NCBI GenBank assembly: GCA_965238075.1
Contig: OZ250173.1
Span: 1,856,001 to 1,920,000, forward strand
Length of the DNA stretch: 64,000 nucleotides
Reading direction: 5' to 3'
Source: Candidatus Entotheonellaceae bacterium
Lineage (GTDB): Bacteria > Tectomicrobia > Entotheonellia > Entotheonellales > Entotheonellaceae
Under the pieces are notes generated by a model, which was given only the letters and a program-made list of their open reading frames with translations, was not told where the DNA came from and searched no databases. Positions 52,070 to 63,169 of the stretch are shown piece by piece. The position numbers and the translations under genes were made by a program. Position 1 is the stretch's first letter, and each line of letters opens with the position of its first letter.

Positions 52070-52927
52070 ATGTCGTTACCGGCTGCACAGGATAGGGAAG
52101 GAATGCTGTCGTTGGAGACGCCGTTCGAGGCGTTGCCGCTGGTTTGTGTGGATGTCGAGACCACTGGGTTGACGCCGGACAAGGGCGCCCGTGTTTGCGA
52201 GATTGCCTTGCTGCGCAGCGCGGGGGAGCGGGAAGTGGCGCGCTTCGAGTCGCTGGTGCATCCGCAGCAGCCGATACCGCCGGAGGTGATCGCCGTGCAC
52301 GGCATTACCGACGCCATGGTCGCCGAGGCGCCTGCCTTCACGGCCCTGCTGCCGGATATCCGTGACCTGCTGCAGGGCGCCGTCGTCGTTGGCCACAACG
52401 TGCACTTCGACCTGCGCTTCCTGCGCCACGAGTGGCGCATCGCCGGCGACGCGCTGCCGGAATGTGTCGCTATCGACACGCTTTCCTTGGCGCGTACGTA
52501 TTTCGACTTCTCCCGCAACGGCCTCGGCGCCATCGCCGCCGCCCTGGGCATCGCCCATACCGCCGCGCACCGCGCCATGGGCGACGTGCTGGCCACTTGG
52601 AACGTCCTGCAGCATTTTGTCGCGGAATTGCGCCGTCGTGGGCCGGTGACCCTGGCCGATCTGATCCTGCCGCGCGTGCCTGACGCCGCCGGCGTCGGCA
52701 TCCGCGACATGGTAACCGCCCTGCAAGACGCCCTGCCTCAGAGTGCCCCCCTGTGCATGCGCTATCGTGCTTGGCACGCCCCCGAAACCGTCCGCGTCGT
52801 GCAGCCCCTCAGCGTCTACTTCCAACGCGGTTACGGTTTCCTTCATGCCTTCTGCCACCTCCGCCGCGAGGAGCGGCACTTCCGCCTGGATCGTATCCTC
52901 GAGCTCAGCCCATTAGGTGACGAGTAG
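52070..52927 (+). CDS. DEDDh 3'-5' exonuclease fused to C-terminal WYL domain
   Basis: VDVETTG, GHNVHFD and AHRAMGD; C-terminal MRY..TVRVVQP..FLHAFCHLRREERHFRLDRI. RBS AAGGGAG. Confidence 0.85.
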   Translation: MSLPAAQDREGMLSLETPFEALPLVCVDVETTGLTPDKGARVCEIALLRSAGEREVARFESLVHPQQPIPPEVIAVHGITDAMVAEAPAFTALLPDIRDLLQGAVVVGHNVHFDLRFLRHEWRIAGDALPECVAIDTLSLARTYFDFSRNGLGAIAAALGIAHTAAHRAMGDVLATWNVLQHFVAELRRRGPVTLADLILPRVPDAAGVGIRDMVTALQDALPQSAPLCMRYRAWHAPETVRVVQPLSVYFQRGYGFLHAFCHLRREERHFRLDRILELSPLGDE

Positions 52928-54037
52928 GGGAATCTTGCCCGTTTGGATGCGCTGCTCCACGTCGGCGCTGCACGCGGGTGCGTGGCCGAAGGTCTGCTGC
53001 CAGAGGGTCTGCGTTTCCATGCACAGATAGAGCGGTGCGTCGGGCGCGTAGCGGCGAATCCAGCCCCACATCTTCGCGTACATCTCGGCACGGAGCGGCC
53101 TGAAATAGCGGATTTTGCCGTCGTCGGAGGGAAACAGCTCGGCGGTCATCAATCGGCTCTTGGGAAAACGCGTCCGCACCACGTCCTTGAGGTCCGGGGT
53201 GAAGCGCAGGCTGCCCAAGCTCATCGTGGTGACGGCCCGCGGGTCAACGGCCTGGAAGACCTGCTTCACAAAGGGCTCGTACACGTCTTCCCAGCCGCGG
53301 AAGTGCAAGAGAGGGTCGAAATGCAGGCCGATCTTGTAACCCGCCTCAAGGCAGCGCTGGGCCGCTCGCAGGCGCGCCGCCAGCGGGGCCGTCTTGTGCT
53401 CTTCGCGCTGCACCACGGACTGCGGATTGATGGACCACGACACCATCACCCGCCCTTGGGGTTCCACGTCCAGCAGGCCCTCGATCAGGTCGCTTTTGGT
53501 CTTCAGCTCGAACAGCACGTTGGGAAACTGGCGGATGAACGGCACCAGCAGCCCCGAAAAGCCGGTCAGCGGGTCGAGCGACAGGCTATCGCTGAACTCC
53601 CCTGAGCCCATGCGCACCAGCTGGTGCGGCCGGGCGCGCAGAAATGCCGTGACTTCCTCGAACAGCCGGTCGATGTTGGTGTACACGGTCAGGTAGGGCG
53701 TATTGATATAGCTTTGCAGGTAGCAGTAGGTGCAGTCGTAGTTGCAGTTGGACACCGTATCGACGATGACGTACCCGCAGCATAGCCGACCGTCGGTATT
53801 GCGGCTGCTGGCGCCAGGGCAGTCGCGCACGAAACGGCCCTTCTGCGCGGTGAGATACAGGTGCTTCTTGGCCAGGGTCATCAACGCCGCCTGATCCGAC
53901 GGCGCCGGCAACGGCGGCGGCCCGTCGATCACGTCCATTGGCACCGCGGCCAGTTGGCGCACCACATTGGCGGTGATCGGGCTGTCCACAACCTGCCTGT
54001 CGATCCACACGTGCTGCGGTCGGTAAACACGAGACAT
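52913..54037 (-). CDS. spore photoproduct lyase-like radical SAM protein
   Basis: CPG..CCGY, NCNYDCTYCYLQ, GEFSDSL, ELKTKS, SWSINP, HFDP and YLCME. Confidence 0.85.
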   Translation of the reverse strand: MSRVYRPQHVWIDRQVVDSPITANVVRQLAAVPMDVIDGPPPLPAPSDQAALMTLAKKHLYLTAQKGRFVRDCPGASSRNTDGRLCCGYVIVDTVSNCNYDCTYCYLQSYINTPYLTVYTNIDRLFEEVTAFLRARPHQLVRMGSGEFSDSLSLDPLTGFSGLLVPFIRQFPNVLFELKTKSDLIEGLLDVEPQGRVMVSWSINPQSVVQREEHKTAPLAARLRAAQRCLEAGYKIGLHFDPLLHFRGWEDVYEPFVKQVFQAVDPRAVTTMSLGSLRFTPDLKDVVRTRFPKSRLMTAELFPSDDGKIRYFRPLRAEMYAKMWGWIRRYAPDAPLYLCMETQTLWQQTFGHAPACSADVEQRIQTGKIPLLVT

Positions 54038-54084
54038 CGTCGTATGGTCCTTGAATCTCAGGTACTTGCACGGTAAGAGCAGCC

Positions 54085-54113
54085 ATTGTAGGGGTGCCTC
54101 GGCGGGCGGTCAA
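54085..54113 (-). promoter_or_regulatory. putative sigma70 promoter of the SplB-like gene
   Basis: TTGACC-N17-TACAAT on the minus strand. Confidence 0.65.
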
Positions 54114-54210
54114 GCAGGCTGCCCATGGTTCACGCAACGGCCCCTCCCCGAACTTGATATACTCGCCGCTCCAACCCATCATACCGACATACCGAAAAGG
54201 AGAACCTATC

Positions 54211-55416
54211 ATGGCCCAAAAGCCGTTGCTTGACGGGATTCGTGTGCTCGACCTGGGGCGCTTCATCGCCGCGCCGTATGCCGGACAATTGCTGGCTGAC
54301 CTCGGTGCCGAGGTGGTTCGGGTGGAGCGCCCCAGACCGGAGCCGGACCGGGTGCGGGGACCGCATCTGAACGGCGATTCCATGTACTTCGTCACCATTA
54401 ACCGCCACAAGAAGTCCGCCGCTTTCAACCTGTTCGACGAAGCGGGCCGGCGCCTGCTCGATCAACTCATCGTCAAGGCCGACATCCTCATCCAGAACTA
54501 CTCGCCGCGCGCCGCGCGTGACCTCGGCTTCGCCAAGGAGCGGCTGCTCGGCCTCAACCCGCGCCTGATCGCGCTGTCCATCACGGGCTACGGCGCTGAC
54601 GGACCGGACGCGGAGCGGGTCGCCTTCGACGGGTTGGCGCAGGCGAGGAGCGGCGCCATGGCCTGCAACGGCAGCGGTCAGCCGTTTCTCAACCACCTGC
54701 CGTACGTCGATTTCAGCACCGCTCTGTACGGCGGCTTCGGCATCATGGCGGCCCTGTACGAGCGCGAGCGCACCGGCAAGGGGCAATTCGTGGAAGTGTC
54801 GCTGATCGAAACCATCAGCGCCTTTGCGGGCACCTACGGCATGATCGCCGAAACCGCGCTGACCGACACCACTCGCCACCAGCAGGGCAACGCGTTGATC
54901 TACGCGCTCGGCGACTGCGTGCAGGCCAGCGACGGCGGCTTCGTGATCTTCAATTGCATCGGCAACATGTTCAAACGCCTGTGCGAGATGATCGGCCACC
55001 CGGAACTGCTGGACGATCCGTGCTACGCCACCGACGACCTGCGCTACGCCAACCGCGACGAGCTCATGGCGCACGTCACCGAGTGGGCGGGCGGCCTGCC
55101 GACCCCCGACATCCTCGCTGCTGCCGAACGCTTCCGTCTGCCCTTCGAGCGCGTCAGCACCGTGGCGGACCTGGCGAGCGATCCGCACGCCGCCGCGCGC
55201 GCCCTGTTTCCATGCGTTGACCAGCCCGGCATGGGGCCGATTCCGGTGGCCCGGCAGGGGTTGAACCTCAGCGCCCATCCGCATCCCGACCTGCGTCCGG
55301 CGCCGGCCATCGGCGAGCACACCGCGGAGGTGCTGCAGAACTGGCTGGGCTACACCCCGGAGCAGGTCCACGAGTTGCTGGAGGACGCCGTCGCGCCCGC
55401 CGCCGAGGCCCGTTAG
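54211..55416 (+). CDS. CaiB/BaiF class III CoA-transferase
   Basis: LDGIRVLDL..AAP..LADLGAEVVRVE, NRHKKS, ITGYG, DFSTALY and APAIGEHT. Confidence 0.92.
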   Translation: MAQKPLLDGIRVLDLGRFIAAPYAGQLLADLGAEVVRVERPRPEPDRVRGPHLNGDSMYFVTINRHKKSAAFNLFDEAGRRLLDQLIVKADILIQNYSPRAARDLGFAKERLLGLNPRLIALSITGYGADGPDAERVAFDGLAQARSGAMACNGSGQPFLNHLPYVDFSTALYGGFGIMAALYERERTGKGQFVEVSLIETISAFAGTYGMIAETALTDTTRHQQGNALIYALGDCVQASDGGFVIFNCIGNMFKRLCEMIGHPELLDDPCYATDDLRYANRDELMAHVTEWAGGLPTPDILAAAERFRLPFERVSTVADLASDPHAAARALFPCVDQPGMGPIPVARQGLNLSAHPHPDLRPAPAIGEHTAEVLQNWLGYTPEQVHELLEDAVAPAAEAR

Positions 55417-55552
55417 CGGGGCGGCGAAAACTTCTTGATGTTCCCGGAGCGGCGGTGCTAGGATACGCTACCTTTAACAGCGCCTTAACAGGCGTTCTGT
55501 GTCATGCGTGGAGACCGAGACCTGGGCCGGCATCCTACGAGGGGACAACGAG

Positions 55553-57532
55553 ATGAGTGCTGCTGTGGTGTGGTTATTCGTGTTTGTGCTCCTTTATTGG
55601 ATCTATTGCATCTACTGGGGGGTGAAGGGAGCCAAAACGGCCAGGACAGCCTCGGATTACTTCATCGCCGGGCGCTCGATTCCGCTGTGGGTGTTCGTGC
55701 TTGCTGCCACCGCCACGTCATTCTCCGGCTGGACCTTCATGGGCCACCCCGGCCTCGTCTACCGCGACGGTTTCCAATACGCCTACGCCTCGTTCTACGC
55801 CATTACCATCCCGTTCACCGGCCTGATGTTCCTGAAGCGCCAATGGATGCTCGGCAAGCGCTTCGGCTACGTGACGCCGGGTGAAATGTACGCCGATTAC
55901 TTCCGCTCCGACCTGATGCGCATCCTCACCGTCTTGGTGGCTCTGATATTTTCCGTGCCCTACCTCGGGGTGCAGCTGCGAGCCTCCGGCTTCCTGTTCA
56001 ACGTCCTCACCGACAATCTGTTCCCCGTCTGGCTCGGCATGTGGCTGCTGTCGCTGGTCGTCATCGTTTACGTCGCCTCGGGCGGCCTGCGGGCGGTAGC
56101 CTACGTGGATACGGTGCAGTGCGTCCTGCTGGCACTGGGTATCACGGCCATCGGGCTGATCACCCTGAGCTACGTCGGCGGTTTCGGCGCCCTGAACGAG
56201 GGCATCGCCAAGCTGGCGGAGATCGACAGCAAGCGCACGCCGGCGGGATACAGCCACTACATCGCCATACCAGGGGTCATCCAGTTCGTGAAGTCGGGGC
56301 CGAGCGCCGTCGGCGGCGCCTGGACGGGGATCATGATTCTCACGTACATGTTCGCGCTCATGGGTATTCAGTCGGCGCCGGCGTTCTCGATGTGGTCATT
56401 TTCCAACCGTAACCCGCGCCCCTTCGCGCCGCAGCAGGTGTGGGCGTCGTCGTTCGGTATCGGCTTCATCCTGATCGTCTTCACGGCCATCCAGGGCATG
56501 GGGGCGCACTTGTTGGGGGCTGACAAGGCGATGCTGGACGCCGTGCAGGCGGCGCAGGCGGCGGGGCAACCCGCCGGGTTTGCCAGCGATGTGCTGAAGC
56601 TGGGCGGCGACATCATGGAAATGCCGGGCAAACAGGGTTTCCTGGTGCCGGTGTTGATTCGCCTGATGAGCGACGTGGCGCCGTGGCTCGTGGGTCTGCT
56701 GGCAGTGTGCGCCCTGGCGGCGATGCAGTCGACCGGTGCGGCCTACATGTCTACGGCGGCCGGCATGCTGACGCGCGATCTGTACAAGCGCTTCTTCAAC
56801 CCCGATGCGTCGCATGAGTCGCAGAAACTGCTCGGGCGTATCGGCGTGGTGGTGATTACGATTCTGGCCCTGGTGGTGGCGACCACCTCGCGCGATGCCC
56901 TGGTGCTGCTCGGCGGCCTGGCAGTGGCGTACGGCTTCCAGATGTGGCCGGCGCTGATCGCCACCTGCTGGTGGCCGTGGCTGACGCGGCAGGGGGTCAC
57001 GGTAGGGCTCATCGCCGGCATCATTGCAGTGACGCTCACCGAGTCGATCGGCCAACAATGGTTCGGCATCACCGCATGGGGCAGATGGCCGCTGACCATT
57101 CACTCGGCGGGTTGGGGCCTGATCTTCAACCTCGGCCTGGCCATCCTGATTTCGCTTGTAACGCAAAGCCGCGAAGGGACCGAGCATCGCATGCGGTTCC
57201 ACAGCTTCCTGAAAGAACACGCCGGCCTGCCCGAGGCCAAGAAACCCCTGATTCCCTGGGCCTGGGGCATCACGATTGCCTGGTTCTTCTTCGGCATCGG
57301 GCCGGGGGCCGTCATCGGCAACACGATTTTCGGCAACCCGAACGACGCCGCCACGTGGATATTCGGCATACCCTCCATCTGGGCCTGGCACATCTTGTGG
57401 TGGGCGCTGGGCGTCGGCATGATGTGGTTCCTGGCCTACAAGATGCAGATGTCCACGGTGCCGGATCAGGAGGTCGTGGCGCTGGTGGAAGACATCGGCG
57501 ACGTGAAGGTTCCAGAGGCCGCGTCGGACTAG
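55553..57532 (+). CDS. sodium:solute symporter (SSS) family protein
   Basis: DYFIAGR, ATSFSGWTF.G, YVASGGLRAVAYVD, LAAMQST and many TM helices. Confidence 0.92.
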   Translation: MSAAVVWLFVFVLLYWIYCIYWGVKGAKTARTASDYFIAGRSIPLWVFVLAATATSFSGWTFMGHPGLVYRDGFQYAYASFYAITIPFTGLMFLKRQWMLGKRFGYVTPGEMYADYFRSDLMRILTVLVALIFSVPYLGVQLRASGFLFNVLTDNLFPVWLGMWLLSLVVIVYVASGGLRAVAYVDTVQCVLLALGITAIGLITLSYVGGFGALNEGIAKLAEIDSKRTPAGYSHYIAIPGVIQFVKSGPSAVGGAWTGIMILTYMFALMGIQSAPAFSMWSFSNRNPRPFAPQQVWASSFGIGFILIVFTAIQGMGAHLLGADKAMLDAVQAAQAAGQPAGFASDVLKLGGDIMEMPGKQGFLVPVLIRLMSDVAPWLVGLLAVCALAAMQSTGAAYMSTAAGMLTRDLYKRFFNPDASHESQKLLGRIGVVVITILALVVATTSRDALVLLGGLAVAYGFQMWPALIATCWWPWLTRQGVTVGLIAGIIAVTLTESIGQQWFGITAWGRWPLTIHSAGWGLIFNLGLAILISLVTQSREGTEHRMRFHSFLKEHAGLPEAKKPLIPWAWGITIAWFFFGIGPGAVIGNTIFGNPNDAATWIFGIPSIWAWHILWWALGVGMMWFLAYKMQMSTVPDQEVVALVEDIGDVKVPEAASD

Positions 57533-57534
57533 TT

Positions 57535-57627
57535 CCCTTCACCCCAACCCGCTCCCTCTCCAGGGGAGAGGGAGCAACAGCAACAATTCCCTCTCCCTGC
57601 GCGGGGGAGGGCTGGGGAGAGGGGGAT
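57535..57627. repeat. REP-like composite palindrome (CCCTCTCCC...GGGAGAGGG family)
   Basis: CCCTTCACCCCAACC..CTCCCTCTCC-AG-GGGAGAGGGAG followed by the inverted unit TCCCTCTCCC..GGGGGAGGGCTGGGGAGAGGGG. Confidence 0.75.
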
Positions 57628-57657
57628 TGTTGAGCGGCCGGCAAGGGGCGCTGCATC

Positions 57658-57903
57658 ATGGCACCGTGGGTCATTCCCTGGTACGGCTTTTCGTCTTTTC
57701 TGCTGGGCTTGTTGCTCTTCTGGCCCCTCCGCAAACTTATCCTGGCCCTCAGCATCAACCGCCACCAGCGCCGCATTCAGGCCGATATCGACGACGCGGA
57801 CCGGGAGCGGTTGCGGCAGCGGGTCACCTGGGTCGCCGCCTTTATCGCCATGACGTTCGCCTTCCTGTACAACCACTTCATCTTCTTCAGGTCGGTTGGC
57901 TGA
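57658..57903 (+). CDS. small two-TM membrane protein
   Basis: 81 aa with two hydrophobic segments, between the SSS transporter and the TPR gene. Confidence 0.65.
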   Translation: MAPWVIPWYGFSSFLLGLLLFWPLRKLILALSINRHQRRIQADIDDADRERLRQRVTWVAAFIAMTFAFLYNHFIFFRSVG

Positions 57904-57904
57904 C

Positions 57905-58489
57905 ATGAACGCGTTCTACCGCAGGGAGAATCGCGCTGGCGTCCTGGCGCTGATGCTGTTCGTGGGCGTCGTTGCCTTCGTGCTGTATTGGCGCACCGTA
58001 GTGGAGGACACACCGGGCGACTATCACGTCAAGACGGGCAACTACCGCCTGCAAGACGCGCAGTATGATCGGGCTGTCGCCGAATTCGAGCTCGCCCTGG
58101 AAGCGCATGCCCACCACCCTTTGGCCCACCTCGGCATCGCCCTGGCCCTGATGCATCAAGAGCGCTACGAGGCCTCCCTGGAAGCCTTCGACCGCGCTCT
58201 GGCGCTCGATGATTCCCTTGCCGTAGTCTATGCTGACCGGGGCATTTTGTATGACCGCACCGGTCAGCACGCCCTGGCCTTGCAGGACTACCGCCACGCC
58301 CTGGCCCTGGACCCCAAGCTGGCCGACGGTCCCGGCTGGCTGTGGCGCTTCCTCCGCAACATACCCGAACGTCCCCCCACCATCGCCGACCGCGCCGCTT
58401 ACCTCGAAGCCGAACTACGCAAGGCGCCTGAAGACCGCGTCCTGCGCCTGCCGGAGGTCGACGCGCAGCAGCGCATGTACAAGTATTGA
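57905..58489 (+). CDS. membrane-anchored TPR protein
   Basis: N-terminal TM and repeats A..EFELAL, AHLGIA..EA..AFDRAL.LD, YADRG..A..DY..AL.LDP. Confidence 0.85.
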   Translation: MNAFYRRENRAGVLALMLFVGVVAFVLYWRTVVEDTPGDYHVKTGNYRLQDAQYDRAVAEFELALEAHAHHPLAHLGIALALMHQERYEASLEAFDRALALDDSLAVVYADRGILYDRTGQHALALQDYRHALALDPKLADGPGWLWRFLRNIPERPPTIADRAAYLEAELRKAPEDRVLRLPEVDAQQRMYKY

Positions 58490-58592
58490 TACGCTGCACG
58501 CCGGTGCTTGAGAAAGCCCTTTGACGTGCTATGCTTCACGCCCATGGCTTCAGATTGACGGGTCGGCGGGTTGCGGCGTGGCCCGTATTCCT

Positions 58593-58632
58593 GCTCCCTC
58601 TCCCCTGGAGGGAGAGGGTTGGGGTGAGGGGG
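58593..58632. repeat. second REP-like palindrome of the same family
   Basis: GCTCCCTCTCCC-CTGGA-GGGAGAGGGTTGGGGTGAGGGG. Confidence 0.75.
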
Positions 58633-58715
58633 AACGCCTCGAATTACAAGCCGTCTTGAACCGAAAATGGTTTAGCGTAGTGCGACAAGTGACGAAGAAC
58701 GGACAGGAGAGTCTC

Positions 58716-59456
58716 ATGATTTCAGATGCGGACGTGAAGGCGTTGGTGCGTGAGCGCTACGCCGAGGTGGCGAATGCCGCGGGCGGTTGTTGCGCCGATG
58801 ATAGTTGCGGCACGTCCACGCAGCTTTACGACGACGAGCAGGTCGAAGGACTGCCGAGCGAGGCGCTGATGGCGTCGGCGGGCTGCGGCAATCCGACGGC
58901 CATCGACGACCTCAGACCCGGCGACACGGTGGTGGACTTCGGCAGCGGCGGCGGTATCGACTGCTTCATTGCGGCCAAGGCGGTGGGGGAGCAGGGTCAC
59001 GTCATCGGCGTGGACATGACGCCCGATATGGTGGACCTCGCGCGCCGTAACGCGGCAAGCCTCGGCATGACGAACGTGACGTTTCACCTCACCGAGATGG
59101 AAAGCACGCCCGTCGCCGGCGACTCGGTGGACGTGATCATCTCGAACTGCGTCATTAACCTGGCGCCGGACAAGGACGCGGTGTTCCGTGAGGCCTATCG
59201 CATCCTGAAGCCGGGGGGCCGGATGTTCATTTCGGACATGCTGCTCACGGCGCCGCTGCCGGCGCACGCGACCGCCGACGCGCGGAACTGGGTGGCCTGC
59301 CTGTCGGGCGCCGAGCCGCAGGAAGTCTATCTCGACCGGATGCGGCAGGCGGGCTTTGAGCGCATGGAGATCGTGGACGACAAGCCCTGGCAGGGCGAAC
59401 AGGAATGGGCGTCGCGCGTCCACAGCATGAATATCAAGGCGTACAAGCCGGCGTAG
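58716..59456 (+). CDS. arsM: arsenite methyltransferase ArsM-like
   Basis: [37 protein letters not shown] and WVACLSGA conserved cysteines. Confidence 0.82.
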   Translation: MISDADVKALVRERYAEVANAAGGCCADDSCGTSTQLYDDEQVEGLPSEALMASAGCGNPTAIDDLRPGDTVVDFGSGGGIDCFIAAKAVGEQGHVIGVDMTPDMVDLARRNAASLGMTNVTFHLTEMESTPVAGDSVDVIISNCVINLAPDKDAVFREAYRILKPGGRMFISDMLLTAPLPAHATADARNWVACLSGAEPQEVYLDRMRQAGFERMEIVDDKPWQGEQEWASRVHSMNIKAYKPA

Positions 59457-59519
59457 GCATCCTGCCGCGCGCTGCCGATGCGCTGTTCCCGTCGGCTGCC
59501 GAATGAAAGGAGAGGCCAT

Positions 59520-59720
59520 ATGCGCAAGATCCATGAGCGTTTTGTGACGGACAGCACCGGAAGGCGGACGGCAGTGTTGCTGGATATGGGGGAATACGAG
59601 AAGCTGCTCCAGGAACTCGAAGAACTCGAATCCCTCAAAGCCTATGATGCGGCCAAGTCGTCTGCTGACGAAGCCATCCTGCTCGACCGAGCCCTGGCAG
59701 AAATCGAAGCGCGTCGGTAG
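59520..59720 (+). CDS. putative type II antitoxin
   Basis: FVTDSTGRRTAVLL..YEKLLQELEELE..AYDAAK. RBS AGGAGAGG; the stop overlaps the toxin start. Confidence 0.75.
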   Translation: MRKIHERFVTDSTGRRTAVLLDMGEYEKLLQELEELESLKAYDAAKSSADEAILLDRALAEIEARR

Positions 59721-59975
59721 TGCCCTACTCCGTTGTTATCTTAACGGAGGGCTCAGAAGGAAATGGCCCAGTTGCCATTAGATATGTATGAGCGCATGCG
59801 TGATGCACTCCTTCATCTGAGCGATGTGCCGCGCCCCGCTGGTTGTGCCAAGTTGAGGGGCAGGGAGGGTTGGCGCATCCGGGTTGGGAACTATCGGGTG
59901 ATCTATGAGATTGATGACATTCTACGCCGCATCACGATACTCCACACTGGGCAAAGACGTGACATTTACCGTTAA
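59720..59975 (+). pseudogene. RelE/ParE-family toxin with +1 frameshift
   Basis: GTG 59720 (MPYSVVIL) is out of frame by one base with RRAQKEM..PRPAGCAKL.G..WRIRVGNYRVIYEI..QRRDIY. Confidence 0.75.
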
Positions 59976-60007
59976 GAATTTTCCCATAACTCAAAGGGAG
60001 CATTAAC

Positions 60008-60781
60008 GTGCCAGACACCATCCTGTACGAAAAAGAAGGCCACGTCGTTACCATCACCTACAATCGGCCCGAGCGGCTCAACGCCATCAACGGCCAGATG
60101 CGCGAGGAACTGAACGCCGCCTGGCTGCGTTTCCGCGACGATACCGACGCCTGGGTGGCCATCCTGACCGGGGCGGGGCGGGCTTTCTGCGCCGGTGCCG
60201 ACATCAAGGAGGGCGGCTCGGCGGGCACCTTCGCGGGCACGTATTGGGAAAAACCCACCATCAACTCGTTCGAGAGCGGCCTGGAACTGTTCAAGCCGAT
60301 CATCGCGGCGATCAACGGCCCGTGCCTCGGCTATGGTGTCACCGGCGTGTCGTTCTGCGATTTCGTCATCGCCTCGGAGCGCGCGACCTTTGGCTTCCCG
60401 GAGGTGCGTATCGGCGTGCCCACAATCGTGGGCGCGGTCCGCATGCCGGGCCGCATCGGCTGGACCAACGCCATGGAACTGCTGCTTATCGGTGAGTCCG
60501 TGGACGCGGCGCGCGCCAAGGAAATGGGGCTGGTGTGGAAGGTGGTGCCGCACGACGATCTACTGAGCGAGGCGAAAGCGCTGGCCGCCCGGCTGTGTCA
60601 ATCGGCGCCGCTAGCGGTGCGCGCTACCAAGGAAGTGGCGGTGCGCACCCGCAGCCTGCCGTGGATCGAAGCGGTGCGCTTTGGCGAAACCATGCGGTTG
60701 GTGGCCGGCGAAACCGCCGACGCCAGCGAGGGCAAGCAGGCGTTCAGAGAGAAACGCTCCCCGGTCTGGCAGGGCAAGTAA
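60008..60781 (+). CDS. enoyl-CoA hydratase/isomerase (crotonase) family protein
   Basis: NRPERLNA, AFCAGADI, KPIIAAING, FGFPEV and AFREKRSP. Confidence 0.92.
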   Translation: MPDTILYEKEGHVVTITYNRPERLNAINGQMREELNAAWLRFRDDTDAWVAILTGAGRAFCAGADIKEGGSAGTFAGTYWEKPTINSFESGLELFKPIIAAINGPCLGYGVTGVSFCDFVIASERATFGFPEVRIGVPTIVGAVRMPGRIGWTNAMELLLIGESVDAARAKEMGLVWKVVPHDDLLSEAKALAARLCQSAPLAVRATKEVAVRTRSLPWIEAVRFGETMRLVAGETADASEGKQAFREKRSPVWQGK

Positions 60782-60839
60782 ACCGCTGGATACTGAGTGC
60801 AGGAGTCAGAACGATCTGAAGAGCATGGCGCGACACCGT

Positions 60840-62003
<1,164 letters not shown>

Positions 62004-62099
62004 TCATCGTCCTCGTATTCGAACCGGGCGCCAGCGAGGCGTCCCCCCGATAGAGGCCGGAGGCGATCATCCGAACGATTCATTCCCGCGACTACCCAA

Positions 62100-62400
62100 C
62101 TAAGCTCGACTTTGTACAAAATGAGGGAGTATCCAGGGACATTGCCCCTGTGTTGTAAGATGGCAGGTCCCACTCAAACCGTCTTGCAGCGAGGTCAGCG
62201 ATGCCCCCTTCAGCACACAGTAGCACCGTCCTGGCGTCCTTTCAAAGTCTCTTCAGGGTTGGCCCCAACGCCCCAGAGCCTGTCCTCGTGAAAACGGGGA
62301 TCAGTGAGCGCCTGGGGCTACGACACAAGACCATCGCCCAGTGGACGCGCCAGATGATCCGGGTGGTGCGGCGTTGGCTGCCGCACGTCACGATAGTACT
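62100..62400 (+). mobile_element. internally deleted IS701-like transposase remnant
   Basis: End-like CTAAGCTCGACTTTGTACAAAA. ORF 62201 joins a transposase-like N-terminus (VLASFQSLF) directly to the internal motif RHKTIAQWTRQMIRVVRRWLP. Confidence 0.55.
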
Positions 62401-62435
62401 AGGAACGTTAAGTCTATTGGGAGGAAGCGATTGCA

Positions 62436-63146
62436 ATGACAGCGGCGACGAATGAGGTGCTCAAGCGCGAGGTCAAGGTGTTGATGTTCGATCAGTACGG
62501 TACCGTTGTCGATATGCAGCAAGGCTTGATCGATGCGGTCACACCCTTTCTGCGCGAGAAGGGCTGGGACGGTGAGCCGCACCGCTTTGTCACCTGGTGG
62601 CGGCGCATCCATTACGAGGATTCGATGATCGATGCGCTGTGTGACCGCGGTCACACGCCGTACCGGCAGATCGGCCACCGGGCGGTGTCGCACGTGATGA
62701 CTCGAGCAGGTATTGCCTATACTCAGGAAGAGGTGCAGTGGCTGGTCGCCCAGATCGAACAACTGCGGCCTTTTCCAGACGTTCTTGACACGCTGTCCCA
62801 ACTCCGAACCCGTTACCGTCTCGTGATTCTGTCTAACGGCGACCGGGATATGCTGGAAAATGCGAAGCCGTCGATTGGCTTCGATTTTGACCAGACGATC
62901 TCGGTTGAAGAAGCGGGTTACTTCAAGCCCCATTACAAGACGTATCAGAAGGCTGAAGAGCTAATCGGAGAGGCGCGGACGAGCATTATGCACGTCGCCA
63001 ATCACGCCTTCGACTGCATCGGTGCCAAGGCTTATGGCATGCGCGCGGCATTCATCGATCGTCGCAGCCGCCCCTATGGCGAAACACCGCATCAGCCGGA
63101 CCTGGTCGTACCGAACTTTGCAGCGTTGGCCGAGGCGTTGACATAG
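62436..63146 (+). CDS. haloacid dehalogenase type II (HAD)
   Basis: FDQYGTVVD, PFPDV, ILSNG, FKP..Y and HVANHAFDCIGAK..G. Confidence 0.9.
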   Translation: MTAATNEVLKREVKVLMFDQYGTVVDMQQGLIDAVTPFLREKGWDGEPHRFVTWWRRIHYEDSMIDALCDRGHTPYRQIGHRAVSHVMTRAGIAYTQEEVQWLVAQIEQLRPFPDVLDTLSQLRTRYRLVILSNGDRDMLENAKPSIGFDFDQTISVEEAGYFKPHYKTYQKAEELIGEARTSIMHVANHAFDCIGAKAYGMRAAFIDRRSRPYGETPHQPDLVVPNFAALAEALT

Positions 63147-63169
63147 GGCTCAGACGGGAGGAAGACACC

